Part shown: in pieces, positions 38,301 through 53,300 of the stretch | Numbering within the stretch: position 1 is the first letter of the stretch | Layout of the letters: each line of letters opens with the position of its first letter | Source: Eledone cirrhosa | Taxonomy: Eukaryota | Reading direction: 5' to 3' | DNA length: 64,000 nucleotides | Assembly: GCA_964016885.1 (NCBI GenBank) | Contig: OZ024740.1 | Location: 427,738,001-427,802,000 of the forward strand | Position numbers and translations under genes: made by a program | The notes under the pieces: generated by a model | What the model was told of the DNA's origin: nothing | What the model saw: the letters and a program-made list of their open reading frames with translations, nothing else | Databases searched by the model: none

Positions 38301-41300
38301 CCCTATCTCAGTGTACCATAGTTATATAAAACTCTACCCTATCTCAGAGTACCATAGTTATATAAAACTCTACCCTATCTCAGTGTTGTATAGTTATATA
38401 AAACACTACCCTATCTCACTGTACCATAGTTATATAAAACTCTACCCTATCTCAGTGTACCATAGTTATATAAAACTCTACCCTACCTCAGTGTTGTATA
38501 GTTATATAAAACTCTACCCTATCTCACTGTACCATAGTTATGTAAAACTCTACCCTATCTCAGTGTACCATAGTTATATAAAACTCTACCCTATCTCACT
38601 GTACCATAGTTATATAAAACTCTACCCTATCTCAGTGTACCATAGTTATATAAAACTCTACCCTATCTCACTGTTGTATAGTTATATAAAACTCTACCCT
38701 ATCTCAGTGTACCATAGTTATATAAAACTCTACCCTATCTCACTGTTGTATAGTTATATAAAACTCTACCCTATCTCAGTGTACCATAGTTATGTAAAAC
38801 TCTACCCTATCTCAGTGTACCATAGTTATATAAAACTCTACCCTATCTCACTGTTGTATAGTTATATAAAACTCTACCCTATCTCAGTGTACCATAGTTA
38901 TATAAAACTCTACCCTATCTCAGTGTTGTATAGTTATATAAAACTCTACCCTATCTCACTGTACCATAGTTATGTAAAACTCTACCCTATCTCAGTGTAC
39001 CATAGTTATATAAAACTCTACCCTATCTCACTGTACCATAGTTATATAAAACTCTACCCTATCTCAGTGTACCATAGTTATATAAAACTCTACCCTATCT
39101 CAGTGTTGTATAGTTATATAAAACTCTACCCTATCTCAGTGTACCATAGTTATATAAAACTCTACCCTATCTCACTGTTGTATAGTTATATAAAACTCTA
39201 CCCTATCTCAGTGTACCATAGTTATATAAAACTCTACCCTATCTCAGTGTTGTATAGTTATATAAAAATTTACCCTATCTCAGTGTACCATAGTTATATA
39301 AAACTCTACCCTATCTCAGTGTAACATAGTTATATAAAACTCTACCCTATCTCAGAGTACCATAGTTATATAAAACTCTACCCTATCTCAGAGTACCATA
39401 GTTATATAAAACTCTACCCTATCTCAGTGTACCATAGTTATATAAAACTCTACCCTATCTCAGAGTACCATAGTTATATAAAACTCTACCCTATCTCAGT
39501 GTTGTATAGTTATATAAAACACTACCCTATCTCACTGTACCATAGTTATATAAAACTCTACCCTATCTCAGTGTACCATAGTTATATAAAACTCTACCCT
39601 ATCTCAGTGTACCATAGTTATATAAAACTCTACCCTATCTCAGTGTACCATAGTTATATAAAACTCTACCCTATCTCAGAGTACCATAGTTATATAAAAC
39701 TCTACCCTATCTCAGTGTTGTATAGTTATATAAAACACTACCCTATCTCACTGTTGTATAGTTATATAAAACTCTACCCTATCTCAGTGTACCATAGTTA
39801 TATAAAACTCTACCCTATTTCAGTGTTGTATAGTTATATAAAACTCTACCCTATCTCAGTGTACCATAGTTATATAAAACTCTACCCTATCTCAGTGTAC
39901 CATAGTTATATAAAACTCTACCCTATCTCAGTGTACCATAGTTATATAAAACTCTACCCTATCTCAGTGTTGTATAGTTATATAAAACACTACCCTATCT
40001 CACTGTACCATAGTTATATAAAACTCTACCCTATCTCAGTGCACCATAGTTATATAAAACTCTACCCTATCTCAGTGTACCATAGTTATATGAAACTCTA
40101 CCCTATCTCAGTGTTGTATAGTTATATAAAACTCTACCCTATCTCAGTGTTGTATAGTTATATAAAACTGTACGCTATCACAGTATACCACAGTTATATA
40201 AAACTCTACCCTATCTCAGTGTACCATAGTTATATAAAACTCTACCCTATCTCACTCTACCATCGTTATATAAAACTCTACCCTATCTCAGTGTACCATA
40301 GTTATATAAAACTCTACTCTATCTCACTGTACCATAGTTATATAAAACTCTACCCTATCTCACTGTACCATAGTTATATAAAACTCTACCCTATCTCACT
40401 GTACCATAGTTATATAAAACTCTACCCTATCTCAGTGTACCATAGTTATATAAAACTCTACCCTATCTCACTCTACCATAGTTATATAAAAATTTACCCT
40501 ATCTCAGTGTACCATAGTTATATAAAACTCTACCCTATCTCACTCTACCATAGTTATATAAAACTCTACCCTATCTCAGTGTACCATAGCTATATAAAAC
40601 TCTACCCTACCTCAGTGTACCATAGTTATATAAAACTCTACCCTATCTCACTGTACCATAGTTATATAAAACTCTACCCTATCTCACTCTACCATAGTTA
40701 TATAAAACTCTACCCTATCTCAGTGTACCATAGTTATATAAAACTCTACCCTATCTCAGTGTTGTATAGTTATATAAAACTGTACACTATCACAGTATAC
40801 CATAGTTATATAAAACTCTACCCTATCTCTGTGTACCATAGTTATATAAAACTCTACCCTATCTCACTCTACCATAGTTATATAAAACTCTACCCTATCT
40901 CAGTGTACCATAGTTATATAAAACTCTACTCTATCTCACTGTACCATAGTTATATAAAACTCTACCCTATCTCACTGTACCATAGTTATATAAAACTCTA
41001 CCCTATCTCACTGTACCATAGTTATATAAAAATTTACCCTATCTCAGTGTACCATAGTTATATAAAACTCTACCCTATCTCACTCTACCATAGTTATATA
41101 AAACTCTACCCTATCTCAGTGTACCATAGTTATATAAAACTCTACCCTATCTCACTCTACCATAGATATATAAAACTCTACCCTATCTCAGTGCACCATA
41201 GTTATAGAAAACTCTACCCTATCTCAGTGTACCATAGTTATATAAAACTCTACCCTATCTCAGTGTACCATAGTTATATAAAACTCTACCCTATCTCAGT

Positions 41301-44300
41301 GTTGTATAGTTATATAAAACTCTACCCTATCTCAGTGTACCATAGTTATATAAAACTCTACCCTATCTCACTGTTGTATAGTTATATAAAACTCTACCCT
41401 ATCTCAGTGTACCATAGTTATATAAAACTCTACCCTATCTCAGTGTTGTATAGTTATATAAAACTCTACCCTATCTCAGTGTACCATAGTTATATAAAAC
41501 TCTACCCTATCTCAGTGTACCATAGTTATATAAAACTCTACCCTATCTCAGTGTACCATAGTTATATAAAACTCTACCCTATCTCAGAGTACCATAGTTA
41601 TATAAAACTCTACCCTATCTCAGTGTTGTATAGTTATATAAAACACTACCCTATCTCACTGTACCATAGTTATATAAAACTCTACCCTATCTCAGTGTAC
41701 CATAGTTATATAAAACTCTACCCTATCTCAGTGTTGTATAGTTATATAAAACTCTACCCTATCTCACTGTACCATAGTTATGTAAAACTCTACCCTATCT
41801 CAGTGTACCATAGTTATATAAAACTCTACCCTATCTCACTGTACCATGGTTATATAAAAATTTACCCTATCTCAGTGTACCATAGTTATATAAAACTCTA
41901 CCCTATCTCACTCTACCATAGTTATATAAAACTCTACCCTATCTCAGTGTACCATAGTTATATAAAACTCTACCCTATCTCACTCTACCATAGATATATA
42001 AAACTCTACCCTATCTCAGTGCACCATAGTTATAGAAAACTCTACCCTATCTCAGTGTACCATAGTTATATGAAACTCTACCGTATCTCAGTGTACCATA
42101 GTTATATAAAACTCTACCCTATCTCAGTGTTGTATAGTTATATAAAACTCTACCCTATCTCAGTGTACCATAGTTATATAAAACTCTACCCTAACTCACT
42201 GTTGTATAGTTATATAAAACTCTACCCTATCTCAGTGTACCATAGTTATATAAAACTCTACTCTATCTCAGTGTACCATAGTTATATAAAACTCTACCCT
42301 ATCTCAGTGTACCATAGTTATATAAAACTCTACCCTATCTCAGTGTTGTATAGTTATATAAAACACTACCCTATCTCACTGTACCATAGTTATATAAAAC
42401 TCTACCCTATCTCAGTGCACCATAGTTATATAAAACTCTACCCTATCTCAGTGTACCATAGTTATATGAAACTCTACCCTATCTCAGTGTTGTATAGTTA
42501 TATAAAACTCTACCCTATCTCAGTGTTGTATAGTTATATAAAACTGTACGCTATCACAGTATACCACAGTTATATAAAACTCTACCCTATCTCAGTGTAC
42601 CATAGTTATATAAAACTCTACCCTATCTCACTCTACCATCGTTATATAAAACTCTACCCTATCTCAGTGTACCATAGTTATATGGAACTCTACCCTATCT
42701 CAGTGTTGTATAGTTATATAAAACTCTACCCTATCTCAGTGTTGTATAGTTATATAAAACTGTACGCTATCACAGTATACCACAGTTATATAAAACTCTA
42801 CCCTATCTCAGTGTACCATAGTTATATAAAACTCTACCCTATCTCACTCTACCATAGTTATATAAAACTCTACCCTATCTCAGTGTACCATAGTTATATA
42901 AAACTCTACCCTATCTCACTCTACCATAGATATATAAAACTCTACCCTATCTCAGTGCACCATAGTTATAGAAAACTCTACCCTATCTCAGTGTACCATA
43001 GTTATATAAAACTCTACCCTATCTCAGTGTACCATAGTTATATAAAACTCTACCCTATATCAGTGTTGTATAGTTATATAAAACTCTACCCTATCTCAGT
43101 GTACCATAGTTATATAAAACTCTACCCTATCTCACTGTTGTATAGTTATATAAAACTCTACCCTATCTCAGTGTACCATAGTTATATAAAACTCTACCCT
43201 ATCTCAGTGTTGTATAGTTATATAAAACTCTACCCTATCTCAGTGTACCATAGTTATATAAAACTCTACCCTAACTCAGTGTACCATAGTTATATAAAAC
43301 TCTACCCTATCTCAGTGTACCATAGTTATATAAAACTCTACCCTATCTCAGAGTACCATAGTTATATAAAACTCTACCCTATCTCAGTGTTGTATAGTTA
43401 TATAAAACACTACCCTATCTCACTGTACCATAGTTATATAAAACTCTACCCTATCTCAGTGTACCATAGTTATATAAAACTCTACCCTATCTCAGTGTTG
43501 TATAGTTATATAAAACTCTACCCTATCTCACTGTACCATAGTTATGTAAAACTCTACCCTATCTCAGTGTACCATAGTTATATAAAACTCTACCCTATCT
43601 CACTGTACCATGGTTATATAAAAATTTACCCTATCTCAGTGTACCATAGTTATATAAAACTCTACCCTATCTCACTCTACCATAGTTATATAAAACTCTA
43701 ACCTATCTCAGTGTACCATAGTTATATAAAACTCTACCCTATCTCACTCTACCATAGATATATAAAACTCTACCCTATCTCAGTGCACCATAGTTATAGA
43801 AAACTCTACCCTATCTCAGTGTACCATAGTTATATAAAACTCTACCCTATCTCAGTGTACCATAGTTATATAAAACTCTACCCTATCTCAGTGTTGTATA
43901 GTTATATAAAACTCTACCCTATCTCAGTGTACCATAGTTATATAAAACTCTACCCTAACTCACTGTTGTATAGTTATATAAAACTCTACCCTATCTCAGT
44001 GTACCATAGTTATATAAAACTCTACTCTATCTCAGTGTACCATAGTTATATAAAACTCTACCCTATCTCAGTGTACCATAGTTATATAAAACTCTACTCT
44101 ATCTCAGTGTACCATAGTTATATAAAATTCTACCCTATCTCAGTGTACCATAGTTATATAAAACTCTACCCTATCTCAGTGTTGTATAGTTATATAAAAC
44201 ACTACCCTATCTCAGTGTACCATAGTTATATAAAACTCTACCCTATCTCACTCTACCATCGTTATATAAAACTCTACCCTATCTCAGTGTACCATAGCTA

Positions 44301-47300
44301 TATGAAACTCTACCCTATCTCAGTGTTGTATAGTTATATAAAACTCTACCCTATCTCAGTGTTGTATAGTTATATAAAACTGTACGCTATCACAGTATAC
44401 CACAGTTATATAAAACTCTACCCTATCTCAGTGTACCATAGTTATATAAAACTCTACCCTATCTCACTCTACCATAGTTATATAAAACTCTACCCTATCT
44501 CAGTGTACCATAGTTATATAAAACTCTACCCTATCTCACTCTACCATAGATATATAAAACTCTACCCTATCTCAGTGCACCATAGTTATAGAAAACTCTA
44601 CCCTATCTCAGTGTACCATAGTTATATAAAACTCTACCCTATCTCAGTGTACCATAGTTATATAAAACTCTACCCTATATCAGTGTTGTATAGTTATATA
44701 AAACTCTACCCTATCTCAGTGTACCATAGTTATATAAAACTCTACCCTATCTCACTGTTGTATAGTTATATAAAACTCTACCCTATCTCAGTGTACCATA
44801 GTTATATAAAACTCTACCCTATCTCAGTGTTGTATAGTTATATAAAACTCTACCCTATCTCAGTGTACCATAGTTATATAAAACTCTACCCTATCTCAGT
44901 GCACCATAGTTATAGAAAACTCTACCCTATCTCAGTGTACCATAGTTATATAAAACTCTACCCTATCTCAGTGTACCATAGTTATATAAAACTCTACCCT
45001 ATATCAGTGTTGTATAGTTATATAAAACTCTACCCTATCTCAGTGTACCATAGTTATATAAAACTCTACCCTATCTCACTGTTGTATAGTTATATAAAAC
45101 TCTACCCTATCTCAGTGTACCATAGTTATATAAAACTCTACCCTATCTCAGTGTTGTATAGTTATATAAAACTCTACCCTATCTCAGTGTACCATAGTTA
45201 TATAAAACTCTACCCTATCTCAGTGTACCATAGTTATATAAAACTCTACCCTATCTCAGTGTACCATAGTTATATAAAACTCTACCCTATCTCAGAGTAC
45301 CATAGTTATATAAAACTCTACCCTATCTCAGTGTTGTATAGTTATATAAAACACTACCCTATCTCACTGTACCATAGTTATATAAAACTCTACCCTATCT
45401 CAGTGTACCATAGTTATATAAAACTCTACCCTATCTCAGTGTTGTATAGTTATATAAAACTCTACCCTATCTCACTGTACCATAGTTATGTAAAACTCTA
45501 CCCTATCTCAGTGTACCATAGTTATATAAAACTCTACCCTATCTCACTGTACCATGGTTATATAAAAATTTACCCTATCTCAGTGTACCATAGTTATATA
45601 AAACTCTACCCTATCTCACTCTACCATAGTTATATAAAACTCTACCCTATCTCAGTGTACCATAGTTATATAAAACTCTACCCTATCTCACTCTACCATA
45701 GATATATAAAACTCTACCCTATCTCAGTGCACCATAGTTATAGAAAACTCTACCCTATCTCAGTGTACCATAGTTATATGAAACTCTACCGTATCTCAGT
45801 GTACCATAGTTATATAAAACTCTACCCTATCTCAGTGTTGTATAGTTATATAAAACTCTACCCTATCTCAGTGTACCATAGTTATATAAAACTCTACCCT
45901 AACTCACTGTTGTATAGTTATATAAAACTCTACCCTATCTCAGTGTACCATAGTTATATAAAACTCTACTCTATCTCAGTGTACCATAGTTATATAAAAC
46001 TCTACCCTATCTCAGTGTACCATAGTTATATAAAACTCTACCCTATCTCAGTGTTGTATAGTTATATAAAACACTACCCTATCTCACTGTACCATAGTTA
46101 TATAAAACTCTACCCTATCTCAGTGCACCATAGTTATATAAAACTCTACCCTATCTCAGTGTACCATAGTTATATGAAACTCTACCCTATCTCAGTGTTG
46201 TATAGTTATATAAAACTCTACCCTATCTCAGTGTTGTATAGTTATATAAAACTGTACGCTATCACAGTATACCACAGTTATATAAAACTCTACCCTATCT
46301 CAGTGTACCATAGTTATATAAAACTCTACCCTATCTCACTCTACCATCGTTATATAAAACTCTACCCTATCTCAGTGTACCATAGTTATATGAAACTCTA
46401 CCCTATCTCAGTGTTGTATAGTTATATAAAACTCTACCCTATCTCAGTGTTGTATAGTTATATAAAACTGTACGCTATCACAGTATACCACAGTTATATA
46501 AAACTCTACCCTATCTCAGTGTACCATAGTTATATAAAACTCTACCCTATCTCACTCTACCATAGTTATATAAAACTCTACCCTATCTCAGTGTACCATA
46601 GTTATATAAAACTCTACCCTATCTCACTCTACCATAGATATATAAAACTCTACCCTATCTCAGTGCACCATAGTTATAGAAAACTCTACCCTATCTCAGT
46701 GTACCATAGTTATATAAAACTCTACCCTATCTCAGTGTACCATAGTTATATAAAACTCTACCCTATATCAGTGTTGTATAGTTATATAAAACTCTACCCT
46801 ATCTCAGTGTACCATAGTTATATAAAACTCTACCCTATCTCACTGTTGTATAGTTATATAAAACTCTACCCTATCTCAGTGTACCATAGTTATATAAAAC
46901 TCTACCCTATCTCAGTGTTGTATAGTTATATAAAACTCTACCCTATCTCAGTGTACCATAGTTATATAAAACTCTACCCTATCTCAGTGTACCATAGTTA
47001 TATAAAACTCTACCCTATCTCAGTGTACCATAGTTATATAAAACTCTACCCTATCTCAGAGTACCATAGTTATATAAAACTCTACCCTATCTCAGTGTTG
47101 TATAGTTATATAAAACACTACCCTATCTCACTGTACCATAGTTATATAAAACTCTACCCTATCTCAGTGTACCATAGTTATATAAAACTCTACCCTATCT
47201 CAGTGTTGTATAGTTATATAAAACTCTACCCTATCTCACTGTACCATAGTTATGTAAAACTCTACCCTATCTCAGTGTACCATAGTTATATAAAACTCTA

Positions 47301-50300
47301 CCCTATCTCACTGTACCATGGTTATATAAAAATTTACCCTATCTCAGTGTACCATAGTTATATAAAACTCTACCCTATCTCACTCTACCATAGTTATATA
47401 AAACTCTAACCTATCTCAGTGTACCATAGTTATATAAAACTCTACCCTATCTCACTCTACCATAGATATATAAAACTCTACCCTATCTCAGTGCACCATA
47501 GTTATAGAAAACTCTACCCTATCTCAGTGTACCATAGTTATATAAAACTCTACCCTATCTCAGTGTACCATAGTTATATAAAACTCTACCCTATCTCAGT
47601 GTTGTATAGTTATATAAAACTCTACCCTATCTCAGTGTACCATAGTTATATAAAACTCTACCCTAACTCACTGTTGTATAGTTATATAAAACTCTACCCT
47701 ATCTCAGTGTACCATAGTTATATAAAACTCTACTCTATCTCAGTGTACCATAGTTATATAAAACTCTACCCTATCTCAGTGTACCATAGTTATATAAAAC
47801 TCTACTCTATCTCAGTGTACCATAGTTATATAAAATTCTACCCTATCTCAGTGTACCATAGTTATATAAAACTCTACCCTATCTCAGTGTTGTATAGTTA
47901 TATAAAACACTACCCTATCTCAGTGTACCATAGTTATATAAAACTCTACCCTATCTCACTCTACCATCGTTATATAAAACTCTACCCTATCTCAGTGTAC
48001 CATAGCTATATGAAACTCTACCCTATCTCAGTGTTGTATAGTTATATAAAACTCTACCCTATCTCAGTGTTGTATAGTTATATAAAACTGTACGCTATCA
48101 CAGTATACCACAGTTATATAAAACTCTACCCTATCTCAGTGTACCATAGTTATATAAAACTCTACCCTATCTCACTCTACCATAGTTATATAAAACTCTA
48201 CCCTATCTCAGTGTACCATAGTTATATAAAACTCTACCCTATCTCACTCTACCATAGATATATAAAACTCTACCCTATCTCAGTGCACCATAGTTATAGA
48301 AAACTCTACCCTATCTCAGTGTACCATAGTTATATAAAACTCTACCCTATCTCAGTGTACCATAGTTATATAAAACTCTACCCTATATCAGTGTTGTATA
48401 GTTATATAAAACTCTACCCTATCTCAGTGTACCATAGTTATATAAAACTCTACCCTATCTCACTGTTGTATAGTTATATAAAACTCTACCCTATCTCAGT
48501 GTACCATAGTTATATAAAACTCTACCCTATCTCAGTGTTGTATAGTTATATAAAACTCTACCCTATCTCAGTGTACCATAGTTATATAAAACTCTACCCT
48601 ATCTCAGTGTACCATAGTTATATAAAACTCTACCCTATCTCAGTGTACCATAGTTATATAAAACTCTACCCTATCTCAGAGTACCATAGTTATATAAAAC
48701 TCTACCCTATCTCAGTGTTGTATAGTTATATAAAACACTACCCTATCTCACTGTACCATAGTTATATAAAACTCTACCCTATCTCAGTGTACCATAGTTA
48801 TATAAAACTCTACCCTATCTCAGTGTTGTATAGTTATATAAAACTCTACCCTATCTCACTGTACCATAGTTATGTAAAACTCTACCCTATCTCAGTGTAC
48901 CATAGTTATATAAAACTCTACCCTATCTCACTGTACCATGGTTATATAAAAATTTACCCTATCTCAGTGTACCATAGTTATATAAAACTCTACCCTATCT
49001 CACTCTACCATAGTTATATAAAACTCTACCCTATCTCAGTGTACCATAGTTATATAAAACTCTACCCTATCTCACTCTACCATAGATATATAAAACTCTA
49101 CCCTATCTCAGTGCACCATAGTTATAGAAAACTCTACCCTATCTCAGTGTACCATAGTTATATAAAACTCTACCCTATCTCAGTGTACCATAGTTATATA
49201 AAACTCTACCCTATCTCAGTGTTGTATAGTTATATAAAACTCTACCCTATCTCAGTGTACCATAGTTATATAAAACTCTACCCTAACTCACTGTTGTATA
49301 GTTATATAAAACTCTACCCTATCTCAGTGTACCATAGTTATATAAAACTCTACTCTATCTCAGTGTACCATAGTTATATAAAACTCTACCCTATCTCAGT
49401 GTACCATAGTTATATAAAACTCTACCCTATCTCAGTGTTGTATAGTTATATAAAACACTACCCTATCTCACTGTCCCATAGTTATATAAAACTCTACCCT
49501 ATCTCAGTGCACCATAGTTATATAAAACTCTACCCTATCTCAGTGTACCATAGTTATATGAAACTCTACCCTATCTCAGTGTTGTATAGTTATATAAAAC
49601 TCTACCCTATCTCAGTGTTGTATAGTTATATAAAACTGTACGCTATCACAGTATACCACAGTTATATAAAACTCTACCCTATCTCAGTGTACCATAGTTA
49701 TATAAAACTCTACCCTATCTCACTCTACCATCGTTATATAAAACTCTACCCTATCTCAGTGTACCATAGTTATATGAAACTCTACCCTATCTCAGTGTTG
49801 TATAGTTATATAAAACTCTACCCTATCTCAGTGTTGTATAGTTATATAAAACTGTACGCTATCACAGTATACCACAGTTATATAAAACTCTACCCTATCT
49901 CAGTGTACCATAGTTATATAAAACTCTACCCTATCTCACTCTACCATAGTTATATAAAACTCTACCCTATCTCAGTGTACCATAGTTATATAAAACTCTA
50001 CCCTATCTCACTCTACCATAGATATATAAAACTCTACCCTATCTCAGTGCACCATAGTTATAGAAAACTCTACCCTATCTCAGTGTACCATAGTTATATA
50101 AAACTCTACCCTATCTCAGTGTACCATAGTTATATAAAACTCTACCCTATATCAGTGTTGTATAGTTATATAAAACTCTACCCTATCTCAGTGTACCATA
50201 GTTATATAAAACTCTACCCTATCTCACTGTTGTATAGTTATATAAAACTCTACCCTATCTCAGTGTACCATAGTTATATAAAACTCTACCCTATCTCAGT

Positions 50301-53300
50301 GTTGTATAGTTATATAAAACTCTACCCTATCTCAGTGTACCATAGTTATATAAAACTCTACCCTATCTCAGTGCACCATAGTTATAGAAAACTCTACCCT
50401 ATCTCAGTGTACCATAGTTATATAAAACTCTACCCTATCTCAGTGTACCATAGTTATATAAAACTCTACCCTATATCAGTGTTGTATAGTTATATAAAAC
50501 TCTACCCTATCTCAGTGTACCATAGTTATATAAAACTCTACCCTATCTCACTGTTGTATAGTTATATAAAACTCTACCCTATCTCAGTGTACCATAGTTA
50601 TATAAAACTCTACCCTATCTCAGTGTTGTATAGTTATATAAAACTCTACCCTATCTCAGTGTACCATAGTTATATAAAACTCTACCCTATCTCAGTGTAC
50701 CATAGTTATATAAAACTCTACCCTATCTCAGTGTACCATAGTTATATAAAACTCTACCCTATCTCAGAGTACCATAGTTATATAAAACTCTACCCTATCT
50801 CAGTGTTGTATAGTTATATAAAACACTACCCTATCTCACTGTACCATAGTTATATAAAACTCTACCCTATCTCAGTGTACCATAGTTATATAAAACTCTA
50901 CCCTATCTCAGTGTTGTATAGTTATATAAAACTCTACCCTATCTCACTGTACCATAGTTATGTAAAACTCTACCCTATCTCAGTGTACCATAGTTATATA
51001 AAACTCTACCCTATCTCACTGTACCATGGTTATATAAAAATTTACCCTATCTCAGTGTACCATAGTTATATAAAACTCTACCCTATCTCACTCTACCATA
51101 GTTATATAAAACTCTACCCTATCTCAGTGTACCATAGTTATATAAAACTCTACCCTATCTCACTCTACCATAGATATATAAAACTCTACCCTATCTCAGT
51201 GCACCATAGTTATAGAAAACTCTACCCTATCTCAGTGTACCATAGTTATATGAAACTCTACCGTATCTCAGTGTACCATAGTTATATAAAACTCTACCCT
51301 ATCTCAGTGTTGTATAGTTATATAAAACTCTACCCTATCTCAGTGTACCATAGTTATATAAAACTCTACCCTAACTCACTGTTGTATAGTTATATAAAAC
51401 TCTACCCTATCTCAGTGTACCATAGTTATATAAAACTCTACTCTATCTCAGTGTACCATAGTTATATAAAACTCTACCCTATCTCAGTGTACCATAGTTA
51501 TATAAAACTCTACCATATCTCAGTGTTGTATAGTTATATAAAACACTACCCTATCTCACTGTACCATAGTTATATAAAACTCTACCCTATCTCAGTGCAC
51601 CATAGTTATATAAAACTCTACCCTATCTCAGTGTACCATAGTTATATGAAACTCTACCCTATCTCAGTGTTGTATAGTTATATAAAACTCTACCCTATCT
51701 CAGTGTTGTATAGTTATATAAAACTGTACGCTATCACAGTATACCACAGTTATATAAAACTCTACCCTATCTCAGTGTACCATAGTTATATAAAACTCTA
51801 CCCTATCTCACTCTACCATCGTTATATAAAACTCTACCCTATCTCAGTGTACCATAGTTATATGAAACTCTACCCTATCTCAGTGTTGTATAGTTATATA
51901 AAACTCTACCCTATCTCAGTGTTGTATAGTTATATAAAACTGTACGCTATCACAGTATACCACAGTTATATAAAACTCTACCCTATCTCAGTGTACCATA
52001 GTTATATAAAACTCTACCCTATCTCACTCTACCATAGTTATATAAAACTCTACCCTATCTCAGTGTACCATAGTTATATAAAACTCTACCCTATCTCACT
52101 CTACCATAGATATATAAAACTCTACCCTATCTCAGTGCACCATAGTTATAGAAAACTCTACCCTATCTCAGTGTACCATAGTTATATAAAACTCTACCCT
52201 ATCTCAGTGTACCATAGTTATATAAAACTCTACCCTATATCAGTGTTGTATAGTTATATAAAACTCTACCCTATCTCAGTGTACCATAGTTATATAAAAC
52301 TCTACCCTATCTCACTGTTGTATAGTTATATAAAACTCTACCCTATCTCAGTGTACCATAGTTATATAAAACTCTACCCTATCTCAGTGTTGTATAGTTA
52401 TATAAAACTCTACCCTATCTCAGTGTACCATAGTTATATAAAACTCTACCCTATCTCAGTGTACCATAGTTATATAAAACTCTACCCTATCTCAGTGTAC
52501 CATAGTTATATAAAACTCTACCCTATCTCAGAGTACCATAGTTATATAAAACTCTACCCTATCTCAGTGTTGTATAGTTATATAAAACACTACCCTATCT
52601 CACTGTACCATAGTTATATAAAACTCTACCCTATCTCAGTGTACCATAGTTATATAAAACTCTACCCTATCTCAGTGTTGTATAGTTATATAAAACTCTA
52701 CCCTATCTCACTGTACCATAGTTATGTAAAACTCTACCCTATCTCAGTGTACCATAGTTATATAAAACTCTACCCTATCTCACTGTACCATGGTTATATA
52801 AAAATTTACCCTATCTCAGTGTACCATAGTTATATAAAACTCTACCCTATCTCACTCTACCATAGTTATATAAAACTCTAACCTATCTCAGTGTACCATA
52901 GTTATATAAAACTCTACCCTATCTCACTCTACCATAGATATATAAAACTCTACCCTATCTCAGTGCACCATAGTTATAGAAAACTCTACCCTATCTCAGT
53001 GTACCATAGTTATATAAAACTCTACCCTATCTCAGTGTACCATAGTTATATAAAACTCTACCCTATCTCAGTGTTGTATAGTTATATAAAACTCTACCCT
53101 ATCTCAGTGTACCATAGTTATATAAAACTCTACCCTAACTCACTGTTGTATAGTTATATAAAACTCTACCCTATCTCAGTGTACCATAGTTATATAAAAC
53201 TCTACTCTATCTCAGTGTACCATAGTTATATAAAACTCTACCCTATCTCAGTGTACCATAGTTATATAAAACTCTACTCTATCTCAGTGTACCATAGTTA

